This document shows positions 27,701 through 41,700 of a stretch of DNA of 64,000 nucleotides, in pieces. Position numbers and translations under genes: made by a program. Position 1 is the first letter of the stretch, and every line of letters starts with the position of its first letter. The notes beneath the pieces are model-generated. The model searched no databases and was not told where the DNA came from. It worked only from the letters and a program-made list of their open reading frames with translations. The DNA comes from the human T2T-CHM13v2.0 reference genome, Homo sapiens, in NCBI RefSeq assembly GCF_009914755.1, contig NC_060948.1; one strand, written 5' to 3'.

Positions 27701-28229
27701 GGACGGCCACGGAATGGAATGCACTCGAATGCAATGGAGTCGAAACTAATGGACTGGAATAGAATGGACTCGACTGGTACGGACTCCAATGGAATGGAAT
27801 CGAATGGAAGGGAATCGAACGGAATGGACTCGAAGGGAAAAGACTGCAATGGAAAGGTCTCGAATGGAATGGAAATTAATGGAATGGAATGGAATCGAAT
27901 GAAATGGAGTCAAAAGGAATGGAATCGAATGGCAAGAAATCGAATGTAATGGAATCGCAAGGAATTGATGTGAACGGAACGGAATGGAATGGAATCCAAA
28001 GGAATGGAATAGAATGGAATGGAATCGAATGGAAAGGACTCGAATGGAAATCACTCGAATAGAATGCAATTTAATAAAATAGGATCAAATGTAATGGAAT
28101 GGAATGGAAAGGAATCGAAACGAAAGGAATGGAGACAGATGGAATGGAATGGAACAGAGAGCAATGGTATAGAATGGAATGGAATCATCTGGAATGGAAT
28201 TGAATGGAATGGAATAATATGAAATGGAA
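24731..28229 (+). repeat. DYZ1 unit H (3,499 bp)
   Basis: Markers 'ttgaacggag', 'gtcatgtaat', 'gcatagg', 'ataatgcagt', 'taatcgcat'; extra GGCC at 27705. Confidence 0.9.
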
Positions 28230-31200
28230 TGGAATGGAATGGAATACCCTTGAATTAAATGGACTGGAATGGAATGGACTCGAACAGAGTGGAATGGAAA
28301 GTGTTGAAATAGAATGGAATGGACTCGTTTGGAATGGTCTAGTATGCAATGCAATCGACTGGCAGGGAATCAAAAGGAATGTAATCGAATGGATTGGACT
28401 GGAATGCAATGGACTCGAATAGATTGGAAACGGAAAGCAAAGGAATGGAATGGAATAGTATGGAATGGAATGCAAAGGAATGGAGTGGAATAGACTAGAG
28501 TGGAATGGAATGGACTGGAAAGCAATGGACTGGAATGGAACTTTCTTGAATGGACTGGAATCAAACGGAATGGAATGCAATGCAATCAAATGGCATGGAA
28601 TAAAATAGAATGAAAGAGAATCAAATGGAATTGAATCGAATGGAATCGAATGGATTGGAAAGGAATAGAATGGAATGGAATGGAATTGACTCAAATGGAA
28701 TGGACTAGAATGGAATGGATTCGAATGGAAGGCAAAGGAATGGAATCTATTGGAATGGACTGTAATGGAATGGAATGGAAGGGATTGTAATGGACTCGAA
28801 TGGAATGGACTGCAGTAGAAAGGATTCGAATGGAATGAAAAAGAATTGAATGGAATAGAACAGAATGGAATCAAATCGAATGAAATGGAATGGAATAGAA
28901 AGGAATGGAATGAAATGGAATGGAAAGGATTCGAATGGAATGCAATCGAATGGAATGAAATCGAATGGAATGGAATCGAACGGAATGGAATAAAATGGAA
29001 GAAAACTGGCAAGAAATGGAATCGAAATGAATGGAGTGTTACGGAACGGACTCAAAAGGAATTGAATGTAATAGAATGGAGTGGAGTGGACTCGAATATA
29101 ATGGACTAGAATGGAATGAAATCACATGGAATGGGAACGAATGGAATGGAATGGAAAGGAATGGAATCGAATGGAAAGGAATCGAATGGAAGGGAATGAA
29201 ATTGAATCAACAGGAATGGAAGGGAGTAGAATAGACGGTAATGGAATGGACTCGAATAGAATGGACACGAATGCTCAAATTGAATGGACTCGAATGGAAT
29301 GGCAACGAAAGGAATGTCATCGAATGGAATTGAATCGTTGGAATGAAATCACATAGAATGGAGTGGAATCAAATGGAATTGAATCGAAAGGAAAGGAAGC
29401 GAATGGACTGAAATGAAATGGAATGGAATTGAATGGAAATTAATGCAATGGAATAGAATGGAACGAAATTTCACGGAATGGAATCAAACTGAATGGAATC
29501 AAATCAATGGAATATAATCAAATGGAATGGAAAGGAATTGAATGGAGTAGATTGGATTGGATGGGATTGGAATGAAATGTACTGGAAAGGACTCGAATTT
29601 CATGAAACGGAATGGAATGAATTAGAACGGAATGGACTCGAATGGAATGGAATGTCATGGAATGGCATCAAATGGAATGGAATCGAATGCAATGGAATGC
29701 TTTGGAATGGAATGGAATGCATTGGAATGGAATGTCCTCTAATGGAATGTATTCGAGTGGAATGGAATCGAATATAATGGAGTCTAATGAAATGGAATTG
29801 AAAGGAATGGGACCGAATACAATGGAATATACTGGAATGTAATGTAATGAACTCGAATGTAATTGACTGGAATGGAATGTACATGAATGGAATGTAATCG
29901 AATGGAAAGCAATCCAATGGAATAGAATCTAATGCAATAAAATCGACTCAAATAGAGTAGAATGTAATGGAATGGAGTGCAGTGCAATGGAATGGAATGG
30001 AATGGAATGGGATGGAATGGTATGGAATGGATAGTAATGGACTGGAGTGAAATGGACTGGAAAAGAATGGACTCAAATTGAAAGGGCTCGAAAGGAATGG
30101 AGTCAAATGGAATGGTCTGGAATGGAATGAACACGAATGTAATGCAATCCAATAGAATGGAATCGAATGGCATGGAATATAAAGAAATGGAATCGAAGAG
30201 AATGGAAACAAATGGAATGGAATTGAATGGAATGGAATTGAATGGAATGGGAACGAATGGAGTGAAATTGTATGCAGTAGAAGAGAATAGAATGGAATGC
30301 AAGCGAAAGGAAAGGAATGGATTGGAATGGAATGGAATTCATTGGAATGGAAGGGAATGTAGTGTAATGGACAGGCCTGGAATAAAGTGGAATGCTACGG
30401 TCTCGAATGGAATAAAAATGTATGGAACGGAATGCAATGAAACGGAATCGAATGTCATAGAATGTAATGGAATGCAAAAAAATGGACTCCAAAATCATTG
30501 ACTGGAAAGGCTGGGTGTCGAAAGGAATTGACTCCAATGGAATGGAATCGAATGGAATGGAAGTGAATAGAATCGAACTAAATCGAATGGAATGGAATTG
30601 ATAGGAACGGAATGGAAAGGAATGCAATGATTTGGCATGGAATGGAATCGAATGGCATCGAATGGAATGGAATGGAATGCAATGGAATGGAATGTATTAG
30701 AATGTAATGAACTTTAATGGAATGTACTCGAATGGATTCGACTGGAATGGAATGTTCTCGAAGTGAATGGACTCCAATGGAATGGATTCGAAAGGAATGG
30801 AATCTAATGGAATGGAATTAAATGGAAATGAATCAAATTGAATAGAACGGAATTGAATTGAATGGAATCGAATGCAATGGAATCTAATGAAACGGAAAGG
30901 AAAGGAATGGAATGGATTGGAATGGAATGGGCTGGAATGGAATGGAATCGAAACGAATGGAATGGAATCGAACTGAAGAGACTGGAATGGAATGCACTGG
31001 AATGGAAGGGAATGTAATGGAAGGTTCTCGAAAAAAATGGAATCGAAAGGAATGGAATTGAATGGAACGGAATAGAGTCGAATGGAATTGAATGGAATGG
31101 AATGGACTAGAGTGAAATGGAATCGAACCACAAGGAATGGACAGGAATAGAATGGTCTCGAATTGAATGGAATCGTATGGAATGGCATCAAACGGAATGG

Positions 31201-34200
31201 AATGGACAGCCACGGAATGGAATGGACACCCACGGAATGGAATGCACTCGAATGCAATGGAGTCGACACTAATGGACTGGAATAGAATGGACTCGACTGG
31301 TACGGACTCCAATGGAATGGAATCGAATGGAAGGGAATCGAAAGGAATGGACTCGAAGGGAAAAGACTGCAATGGAAAGGTCTCGAATGGAATGGAAATT
31401 AATGGAATGGAATGGAATCGAATGAAATGGAGTCAAAAGGAATGGAATCGAATGGCAAGAAATCGAATGTAATGGAATCGCAAGGAATTGATGTGAACGG
31501 AACGGAATGGAATGGAATCCAAAGGAATGGAATAGAATGGAATGGAATCGAATGGAAAGGACTCGAATGGAAATCACTCGAATAGAATGCAATTTAATAA
31601 AATAGGATCAAATGTAATGGAATGGAATGGAAAGGAATCGAAACGAAAGGAATGGAGACAGATGGAATGGAATGGAACAGAGAGCAATGGTATAGAATGG
31701 AATGGAATCATCTGGAATGGAATTGAATGGAATGGAATAATATGAAATGGAATGGAATGGAATGGAATGCCCTTGAATTAAATGGACTGGAATGCAATGG
31801 ACTCGAACAGAGTGGAATGGAAAGTGTTGAAATAGAATGGAATGGACTCGTTTGGAATGGTCTAGTATGCAATGCAATCGACTGGCAGGGAATCAAAAGG
31901 AATGTAATCGAATGGATTGGACTGGAATGCAATGGACTCGAATAGATTGGAAGCGGAAAGCAAAGGAATGGAATGGAATAGTATGGAATGGAATGCAAAG
32001 GAATGGAGTGGAATAGACTAGAGTGGAATGGAATGGACTCGAAAGCAATGGACTGGAATGGAACTTTCTTGAATGGACTGGAATCAAACGGAATGGAATG
32101 CAATGCAATCAAATGGCATGGAATAAAATAGAATGAAAGAGAATCAAATGGAATTGAATCGAATGGAATCGAATGGATTGGAAAGGAATAGAATGGAATG
32201 GAATGGAATTGACTCAAATGGAATGGACTAGAATGGAATGGATTCGAATGGAAGGCAAAGGAATGGAATCTATTGGAATGGACTGTAATGGAATGGAATG
32301 GAAGGGATTGGAATGGACTCGAATGGAATGCGCTGCAATAGAAAGGATTCGAATGGAATGAAAAAGAATTGAATGGAATAGAACAGAATGGAATCAAATC
32401 GAATGAAATGGAATGGAATAGAAAGGAATGCAATGAAATGGAATGGAAAGGATTCCAATGGAATGCAATCGAATGGAATGAAATCGATTGGAATGGAATC
32501 GAACGGAATGGAATAAAATGGAAGAAAACTGGCAAGAAATGGAGTCGAAATGAATGGAGTGTTATGGAACGGACTCAAAAGGAATTGAATGTAATAGAAT
32601 GGAGTGGAGTGGACTCGAATATAATGGACTGGAGTGGAATGAAATCACATGGAATGGGAACGAATGGAATGGAATGGAAAGGAATGGAATCGAATGGAAA
32701 GGAATCGAATGGAAGGGAATGAAATTGAATCAACAGGAATGGAAGGGAGTAGAATCGACGGTAATGGAATGGACTCGAATAGAATGGACACGAATGCTCA
32801 AATTGAATGGACTCGAATGGAATGGAAACGAAAGGAATGTCATCGAATGGAATTGAATCGATTGGAATGAAATCACATAGAATGGAGTGGAATCAAATGG
32901 AATTGAATCGAAAGGAAAGGAAGCGAATGGACTGAAATGAAATGGAATGGAATTGAATGGAAATTAATGCAATGGAATAGAATGGAACGAAATTTCACGG
33001 AATGGAATCAAACTGAATGGAATCAAATCAATGGAATATAATCAAATGGAATGGAAAGGAATTGAATGGAGTAGATTGGATTGGATGGGATTGGAATGAA
33101 ATGTACTGGAAAGGACTCGAATTTCATGAAACGGAATGGAATGAATTAGAACGGAATGGACTCGAATGGAATGGAATGTCATGGAATGGCATCAAATGGA
33201 ATGGAATCGAATGCGATGGAATGCTATGGAATGGAATGGAATGCATTGGAATGGAATGTCCTCTAATGGAATGGATTCGAGTGGAATGGAATCGAATATA
33301 ATGGAGTCTAATGAAATAGAATTGAAAGGAATGGGACCGAATACAATGGAATATACTGGAATGTAATGTAATGAACTCGAATGTAATTGACTGGAATGGA
33401 ATGTACGTGAATGGAATGTAATCGAATGGAAAGCAATCCAATGGAATAGAATCTAATGCAATAAAATCGAGTCAAATAGAGTAGAATGTAATGGAATGGA
33501 GTGCAGTGCAATGGAATGGAATGGAATGGAATGCAATGGAATGGAATGGAATGGGATGGAATGGTATGGAATGGATAGTAATGGACTGGAGTGAAATGGA
33601 CTGGAAAAGAATGGACTCAAATTGAAAGGGCTCGAAAGGAATGGAGTCAAATGGAATGGTCTGGAATGGAATGAACACGAATGTAATGCAATCCAATAGA
33701 ATGGAATCGAATGGCATGGAATATAAAGAAATGGAATCGAAGAGAATGGAAACAAATGGAATGGAATTGAATGGAATGGAATTGAATGGAATGAGAACGA
33801 ATGGAGTGAAATTGTATGCAGTAGAAGAGAATAGAATGGAATGCAAGCGAAAGGAAAGGAATGGATTGGAATGGAATGGAATTCATTGGAATGGAAGGGA
33901 ATGTAGTGTAATGGACAGGCCTGGAATAAAGTGGAATGCTACGGTCTCGAATGGAATAAAAATGTATGGAATGGAATGCAATGAAACGGAATCGAATGTC
34001 ATAGAATGTAATGGAATGCAAAAAAATGGAATCCAAAATCATTGACTGGAAAGGCTGGGTGTCGAAAGGAATTGACTCCAATGGAATGGAATCGAATGGA
34101 ATGGAAGTGAATAGAATCGAACTAAATCGAATGGAATGGAATTGATAGGAACGGAATGGAAAGGAATGCAATGATTTGGCATGGAATGGAATCGAATGGC

Positions 34201-35281
34201 ATCGAATGGAATGGAATGGAATGCAATGGAATGGAATGTATTAGAATGTAATGAACTTTAATGGAATGTACTCGAATGGATTCGACGGGAATGGAATGTT
34301 CTCGAAGTGAACGGACTCCAATGGAATGGATTCGAAAGGAATGGAAACTAATGGAATGGAATTAAACGGAAATGAATCAAATAGAATAGAACGGAATTGA
34401 ATTGAATGGAATCGAATGCAATGGAATCTAATGAAACGGAAAGGAATGGAATGGAATGGGCTGGAATGGAATGGAATCGAAACGAATGGAATGGAATCGA
34501 ACTGAAGAGACTGGAATGGAATGCACTGGAATGGAAGGGAATGTAATGGAAGGTTCTCGAAAAAAATGGAATCGAAAGGAATGGAATTGAATGGAACGGA
34601 ATAGAGTCGAATGGAATTGAATGGAATGGAATGGACTAGAGTGAAATGGAATCGAACCACAAGGAATGGACAGGAATAGAATGGTCTCGAATTGAATGGA
34701 ATCGTATGGAATGGCATCAAACGGAATGGAATGGACAGCCACGGAATGGAATGGACACCCACGGAATGGAATGCACTCGAATGCAATGGAGTCGACACTA
34801 ATGGACTGGAATAGAATGGACTCGACTGGTACGGACTCCAATGGAATGGAATCGAATGGAAGGGAATCGAAAGGAATGGACTCGAAGGGAAAAAACTGCA
34901 ATGGAAAGGTCTCCAATGGAATGGAAATTAATGGAATGGAATGGAATCGAATGAAATGGAGTCAAAAGGAATGGAATCGAATGGCAAGAAATCGAATGTA
35001 ATGGAATCGCAAGGAATTGATGTGAACGGAACGGAATGGAATGGAATCCAAAGGAATGGAATAGAATGGAATGGAATCGAATGGAAAGGACTCGAATGGA
35101 AATCACTCGAATAGAATGCAATTTAATAAAATAGGATCAAATGTAATGGAATGGAATGGAAAGGAATCGAAACGAAAGGAATGGAGACAGATGGAATGGA
35201 ATGGAACAGAGAGCAATGGTATAGAATGGAATGGAATCATCTGGAATGGAATTGAATGGAATGGAATAATATGAAATGGAA
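28230..35281 (+). repeat. DYZ1 units A' (28230-31752, 3,523 bp) and B' (31753-35281), copies of A and B
   Basis: The A and B private markers listed above recur at offset 28,229, which becomes 28,204 after a 25-bp deletion near 30000. Confidence 0.9.
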
Positions 35282-38200
35282 TGGAATGGAATGGAATGCC
35301 CTTGAATTAAATGGACTGGAATGCAATGGACTCGAACAGAGTGGAATGGAAAGTGTTGAAATAGAATGGAATGGACTCGTTTGGAATGGTCTAGTATGCA
35401 ATGCAATCGACTGGCAGGGAATCAAAAGGAATGTAATCGAATGGATTGGACTGGAATGCAATGGACTCGAATAGATTGGAAACGGAAAGCAAAGGAATGG
35501 AATGGAATAGTATGGAATGGAATGCAAAGGAATGGAGTGGAATAGACTAGAGTGGAATGGAATGGACTCGAAAGCAATGGACTGGAATGGAACTTTCTTG
35601 AATGGACTGGAATCAAACGGAATGGAATGCAATGCAATCAAATGGCATGGAATAAAATAGAATGAAAGAGAATCAAATGGAATTGAATCGAATGGAATCG
35701 AATGGATTGGAAAGGAATAGAATGGAATGGAATGGAATTGACTCAAATGGAATGGACTAGAATGGAATGGATTCGAATGGAAGGCAAAGGAATGGAATCT
35801 ATTGGAATGGACTGTAATGGAATGGAATGGAAGGGATTGGAATGGACTCGAATGGAATGGACTGCAGTAGAAAGGATTCGAATGGAATGAAAAAGAATTG
35901 AATGGAATAGAACAGAATGGAATCAAATCGAATGAAATGGAATGGAATAGAAAGGAATGGAATGAAATGGAATGGAAAGGATTCGAATGGAATGCAATCG
36001 AATGGAATGCAATCGAATGGAATGGAATCGAACGGAATGGAATAAAATGGAAGAAAACTGGCAAGAAATGGAATCGAAATGAATGGAGTGTTATGGAACG
36101 GACTCAAAAGGAATTGAATGTAATAGAATGGAGTGGAGTGGACTCGAATATAATGGACTGGAATGGAATGAAATCACATGGAATGGGAACGAATGGAATG
36201 GAATGGAAAGGAATGGAATCGAATGCAAAGGAATCGAATGGAAGGGAATGAAATTGAATCAACAGGAATGGAAGGGAGTAGAATAGACGGTAATGGAATG
36301 GACTCGAATAGAATGGACACGAATGCTCAAATTGAATGGACTCGAATGGAATGGAAACGAAAGGAATGTCATCGAATGGAATTGAATCGATTGGAATGAA
36401 ATCGCATAGAATGGAGTGGAATCAAATGGAATTGAATCGAAAGGAAAGGAAGCGAATGGACTGAAATGAAATGGAATGGAATTGAATGGAAAGTAATGCA
36501 ATGGAATAGAATGGAACGAAATTTCACGGAATGGAATCAAACTGAATGGAATCAAATCAATGGAATATAATCAAATGGAATGGAAAGGAATTGAACGGAG
36601 TAGATTGGATTGGATGGGATTGGAATGAAATGTACTGGAAAGGACTCGAAATTCATGAAACGGAATGGAATGAACTGGAACGGAATGGAATCGAATGGAA
36701 TGGAATGTCATGTAATGGCATCAAATGGAATGGAATCGAATGCGATGGAATGCTATGGAATGGAATGGAATGCATAGGAATGGAATGTCCTCTAATGGAA
36801 TGTATTCGAGTGGAATGGAATCGAATATAATGCAGTCTAATGAAATGGAATTGAAAGGAATGGGACCGAATACAATGGAATAAACTGGAATGTAATGTAA
36901 TGAACTCGAATGTAATTGACTGGAATGGAATGTACATGAATGGAATGTAATCGCATGGAAAGCAATCCAATGGAATAGAATCTAATGCAATAAAATCGAC
37001 TCAAATAGAGTAGAATGTAATGGAATGGAGTGCAGTGCAATGGAATGGAATGGAATGCAACGGAATGGAATGGAATGGAATGGAATGGGATGGAATGGTA
37101 TGGAATGGATAGTAATGGACTGGAGTGAAATGGACTGGAAAAGAATGGACTCAAATTGAAAGGGCTCGAAAGGAATGGAGTCAAATGGAATGGTCTGGAA
37201 TGGAATGAACACGAATGTAATGCAATCCAATAGAATGGAATCGAATGGCATAGAATATAAAGAAATGGAATCGAAGAGAATGGAAACAAATGGAATGGAA
37301 TTGAATGGAATGGAATTGAATGGAATGGGAACGAATGGAGTGAAATTGTATGCAGTAGAAGAGAATAGAATGGAATGCAAGCGAAAGGAAAGGAATGGAT
37401 TGGAATGGAATGGAATTCATTGGAATGGAAGGGAATGTAGTGTAATGGACAGGCCTGGAATAAAGTGGAATGCTACGGTCTCGAATGGAATAAAAATGTA
37501 TGGAATGGAATGCAATGAAACGGAATCGAATGTCATAGAATGTAATGGAATGCAAAAAAATGGAATCCAAAATCATTGACTGGAAAGGCTGGGTGTCGAA
37601 AGGAATTGACTCCAATGGAATGGAATCGAATGGAATGGAAGTGAATAGAATCGAACTAAATCGAATGGAATGGAATTGATAGGAACGGAATGGAAAGGAA
37701 TGCAATGATTTGGCATGGAATGGAATCGAAAGGCATCGAATGGAATGGAATGGAATGCAATGGAATGGAATGTATTAGAATGTAATGAACATTAATGGAA
37801 AGTACTCGAATGGATTCGACTGGAATGGAATGTTCTGGAAGTGAATGGACTCCAATGGAATGGATTCGAAAGGAATGGAATCGAACGGAATGGAATTAAA
37901 CGGAAATGAATCAAATAGAATAGAACGGAATTGAATTGAATGGAATCGAATGCAATGGAATCTAATGAAACGGAAAGGAATGGAATGGAATGGGCTGGAA
38001 TGGAATGGAATCGAAACGAATGGAATGGAATCGAACTGAAGAGACTGGAATGGAATGCACTGGAATGGAAGGGAATGTAATGGAAGGTTCTCGAAAAAAA
38101 TGGAATCGAAAGGAATGGAATTGAATGGAACGGAATAGAGTCGAATGGAATTCAATGGAATGGAATGGACTAGAGTGAAATGGAATCGAACCACAAGGAA

Positions 38201-38795
38201 TGGACAGGAATAGAATGGTCTCGAATTGAATGGAATCGTATGGAATGGCATCAAACGGAATGGAATGGACGGCCACGGAATGGAATGCACTCGAATGCAA
38301 TGGAGTCGAAACTAATGGACTGGAATAGAATGGACTCGACTGGTACGGACTCCAATGGAATGGAATCGAATGGAAGGGAATCGAACGGAATGGACTCGAA
38401 GGGAAAAGACTGCAATGGAAAGGTCTCGAATGGAATGGAAATTAATGGAATGGAATGGAATCGAATGAAATGGAGTCAAAAGGAATGGAATCGAATGGCA
38501 AGAAATCGAATGTAATGGAATCGCAAGGAATTGATGTGAACGGAACGGAATGGAATGGAATCCAAAGGAATGGAATAGAATGGAATGGAATCGAATGGAA
38601 AGGACTCGAATGGAAATCACTCGAATAGAATGCAATTTAATAAAATAGGATCAAATGTAATGGAATGGAATGGAAAGGAATCGAAACGAAAGGAATGGAG
38701 ACAGATGGAATGGAATGGAACAGAGAGCAATGGTATAGAATGGAATGGAATCATCTGGAATGGAATTGAATGGAATGGAATAATATGAAATGGAA
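35282..38795 (+). repeat. Chimeric DYZ1 unit: C-type 5' part joined to H-type 3' part (3,514 bp)
   Basis: C-type 'gaatgcaaag' at 36221. H-type markers from 36404 onward ('atcgcatag', 'ttgaacggag', 'gtcatgtaat', GGCC at 38271). Confidence 0.88.
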
Positions 38796-41700
38796 TGGAA
38801 TGGAATGGAATACCCTTGAATTAAATGGACTGGAATGGAATGGACTCGAACAGAGTGGAATGGAAAGTGTTGAAATAGAATGGAATGGACTCGTTTGGAA
38901 TGGTCTAGTATGCAATGCAATCGACTGGCAGGGAATCAAAAGGAATGTAATCGAATGGATTGGACTGGAATGCAATGGACTCGAATAGATTGGAAACGGA
39001 AAGCAAAGGAATGGAATGGAATAGTATGGAATGGAATGCAAAGGAATGGAGTGGAATAGACTAGAGTGGAATGGAATGGACTGGAAAGCAATGGACTGGA
39101 ATGGAACTTTCTTGAATGGACTGGAATCAAACGGAATGGAATGCAATGCAATCAAATGGCATGGAATAAAATAGAATGAAAGAGAATCAAATGGAATTGA
39201 ATCGAATGGAATCGAATGGATTGGAAAGGAATAGAATGGAATGGAATGGAATTGACTCAAATGGAATGGACTAGAATGGAATGGATTCGAATGGAAGGCA
39301 AAGGAATGGAATCTATTGGAATGGACTGTAATGGAATGGAATGGAAGGGATTGTAATGGACTCGAATGGAATGGACTGCAGTAGAAAGGATTCGAATGGA
39401 ATGAAAAAGAATTGAATGGAATAGAACAGAATGGAATCAAATCGAATGAAATGGAATGGAATAGAAAGGAATGGAATGAAATGGAATGGAAAGGATTCGA
39501 ATGGAATGCAATCGAATGGAATGAAATCGAATGGAATGGAATCGAACGGAATGGAATAAAATGGAAGAAAACTGGCAAGAAATGGAATCGAAATGAATGG
39601 AGTGTTACGGAACGGACTCAAAAGGAATTGAATGTAATAGAATGGAGTGGAGTGGACTCGAATATAATGGACTAGAATGGAATGAAATCACATGGAATGG
39701 GAACGAATGGAATGGAATGGAAAGGAATGGAATCGAATGGAAAGGAATCGAATGGAAGGGAATGAAATTGAATCAACAGGAATGGAAGGGAGTAGAATAG
39801 ACGGTAATGGAATGGACTCGAATAGAATGGACACGAATGCTCAAATTGAATGGACTCGAATGGAATGGCAACGAAAGGAATGTCATCGAATGGAATTGAA
39901 TCGTTGGAATGAAATCACATAGAATGGAGTGGAATCAAATGGAATTGAATCGAAAGGAAAGGAAGCGAATGGACTGAAATGAAATGGAATGGAATTGAAT
40001 GGAAATTAATGCAATGGAATAGAATGGAACGAAATTTCACGGAATGGAATCAAACTGAATGGAATCAAATCAATGGAATATAATCAAATGGAATGGAAAG
40101 GAATTGAATGGAGTAGATTGGATTGGATGGGATTGGAATGAAATGTACTGGAAAGGACTCGAATTTCATGAAACGGAATGGAATGAATTAGAACGGAATG
40201 GACTCGAATGGAATGGAATGTCATGGAATGGCATCAAATGGAATGGAATCGAATGCAATGGAATGCTTTGGAATGGAATGGAATGCATTGGAATGGAATG
40301 TCCTCTAATGGAATGTATTCGAGTGGAATGGAATCGAATATAATGGAGTCTAATGAAATGGAATTGAAAGGAATGGGACCGAATACAATGGAATATACTG
40401 GAATGTAATGTAATGAACTCGAATGTAATTGACTGGAATGGAATGTACATGAATGGAATGTAATCGAATGGAAAGCAATCCAATGGAATAGAATCTAATG
40501 CAATAAAATCGACTCAAATAGAGTAGAATGTAATGGAATGGAGTGCAGTGCAATGGAATGGAATGGAATGGAATGCAATGGAATGGAATGGAATGGAATG
40601 GGATGGAATGGTATGGAATGGATAGTAATGGACTGGAGTGAAATGGACTGGAAAAGAATGGACTCAAATTGAAAGGGCTCGAAAGGAATGGAGTCAAATG
40701 GAATGGTCTGGAATGGAATGAACACGAATGTAATGCAATCCAATAGAATGGAATCGAATGGCATGGAATATAAAGAAATGGAATCGAAGAGAATGGAAAC
40801 AAATGGAATGGAATTGAATGGAATGGAATTGAATGGAATGGGAACGAATGGAGTGAAATTGTATGCAGTAGAAGAGAATAGAATGGAATGCAAGCGAAAG
40901 GAAAGGAATGGATTGGAATGGAATGGAATTCATTGGAATGGAAGGGAATGTAGTGTAATGGACAGGCCTGGAATAAAGTGGAATGCTACGGTCTCGAATG
41001 GAATAAAAATGTATGGAACGGAATGCAATGAAACGGAATCGAATGTCATAGAATGTAATGGAATGCAAAAAAATGGACTCCAAAATCATTGACTGGAAAG
41101 GCTGGGTGTCGAAAGGAATTGACTCCAATGGAATGGAATCGAATGGAATGGAAGTGAATAGAATCGAACTAAATCGAATGGAATGGAATTGATAGGAACG
41201 GAATGGAAAGGAATGCAATGATTTGGCATGGAATGGAATCGAATGGCATCGAATGGAATGGAATGGAATGCAATGGAATGGAATGTATTAGAATGTAATG
41301 AACTTTAATGGAATGTACTCGAATGGATTCGACTGGAATGGAATGTTCTCGAAGTGAATGGACTCCAATGGAATGGATTCGAAAGGAATGGAACCTAATG
41401 GAATGGAATTAAATGGAAATGAATCAAATTGAATAGAACGGAATTGAATTGAATGGAATCGAATGCAATGGAATCTAATGAAACGGAAAGGAAAGGAATG
41501 GAATGGATTGGAATGGAATGGGCTGGAATGGAATGGAATCGAAACGAATGGAATGGAATCGAACTGAAGAGACTGGAATGGAATGCACTGGAATGGAAGG
41601 GAATGTAATGGAAGGTTCTCGAAAAAAATGGAATCGAAAGGAATGGAATTGAATGGAACGGAATAGAGTCGAATGGAATTGAATGGAATGGAATGGACTA

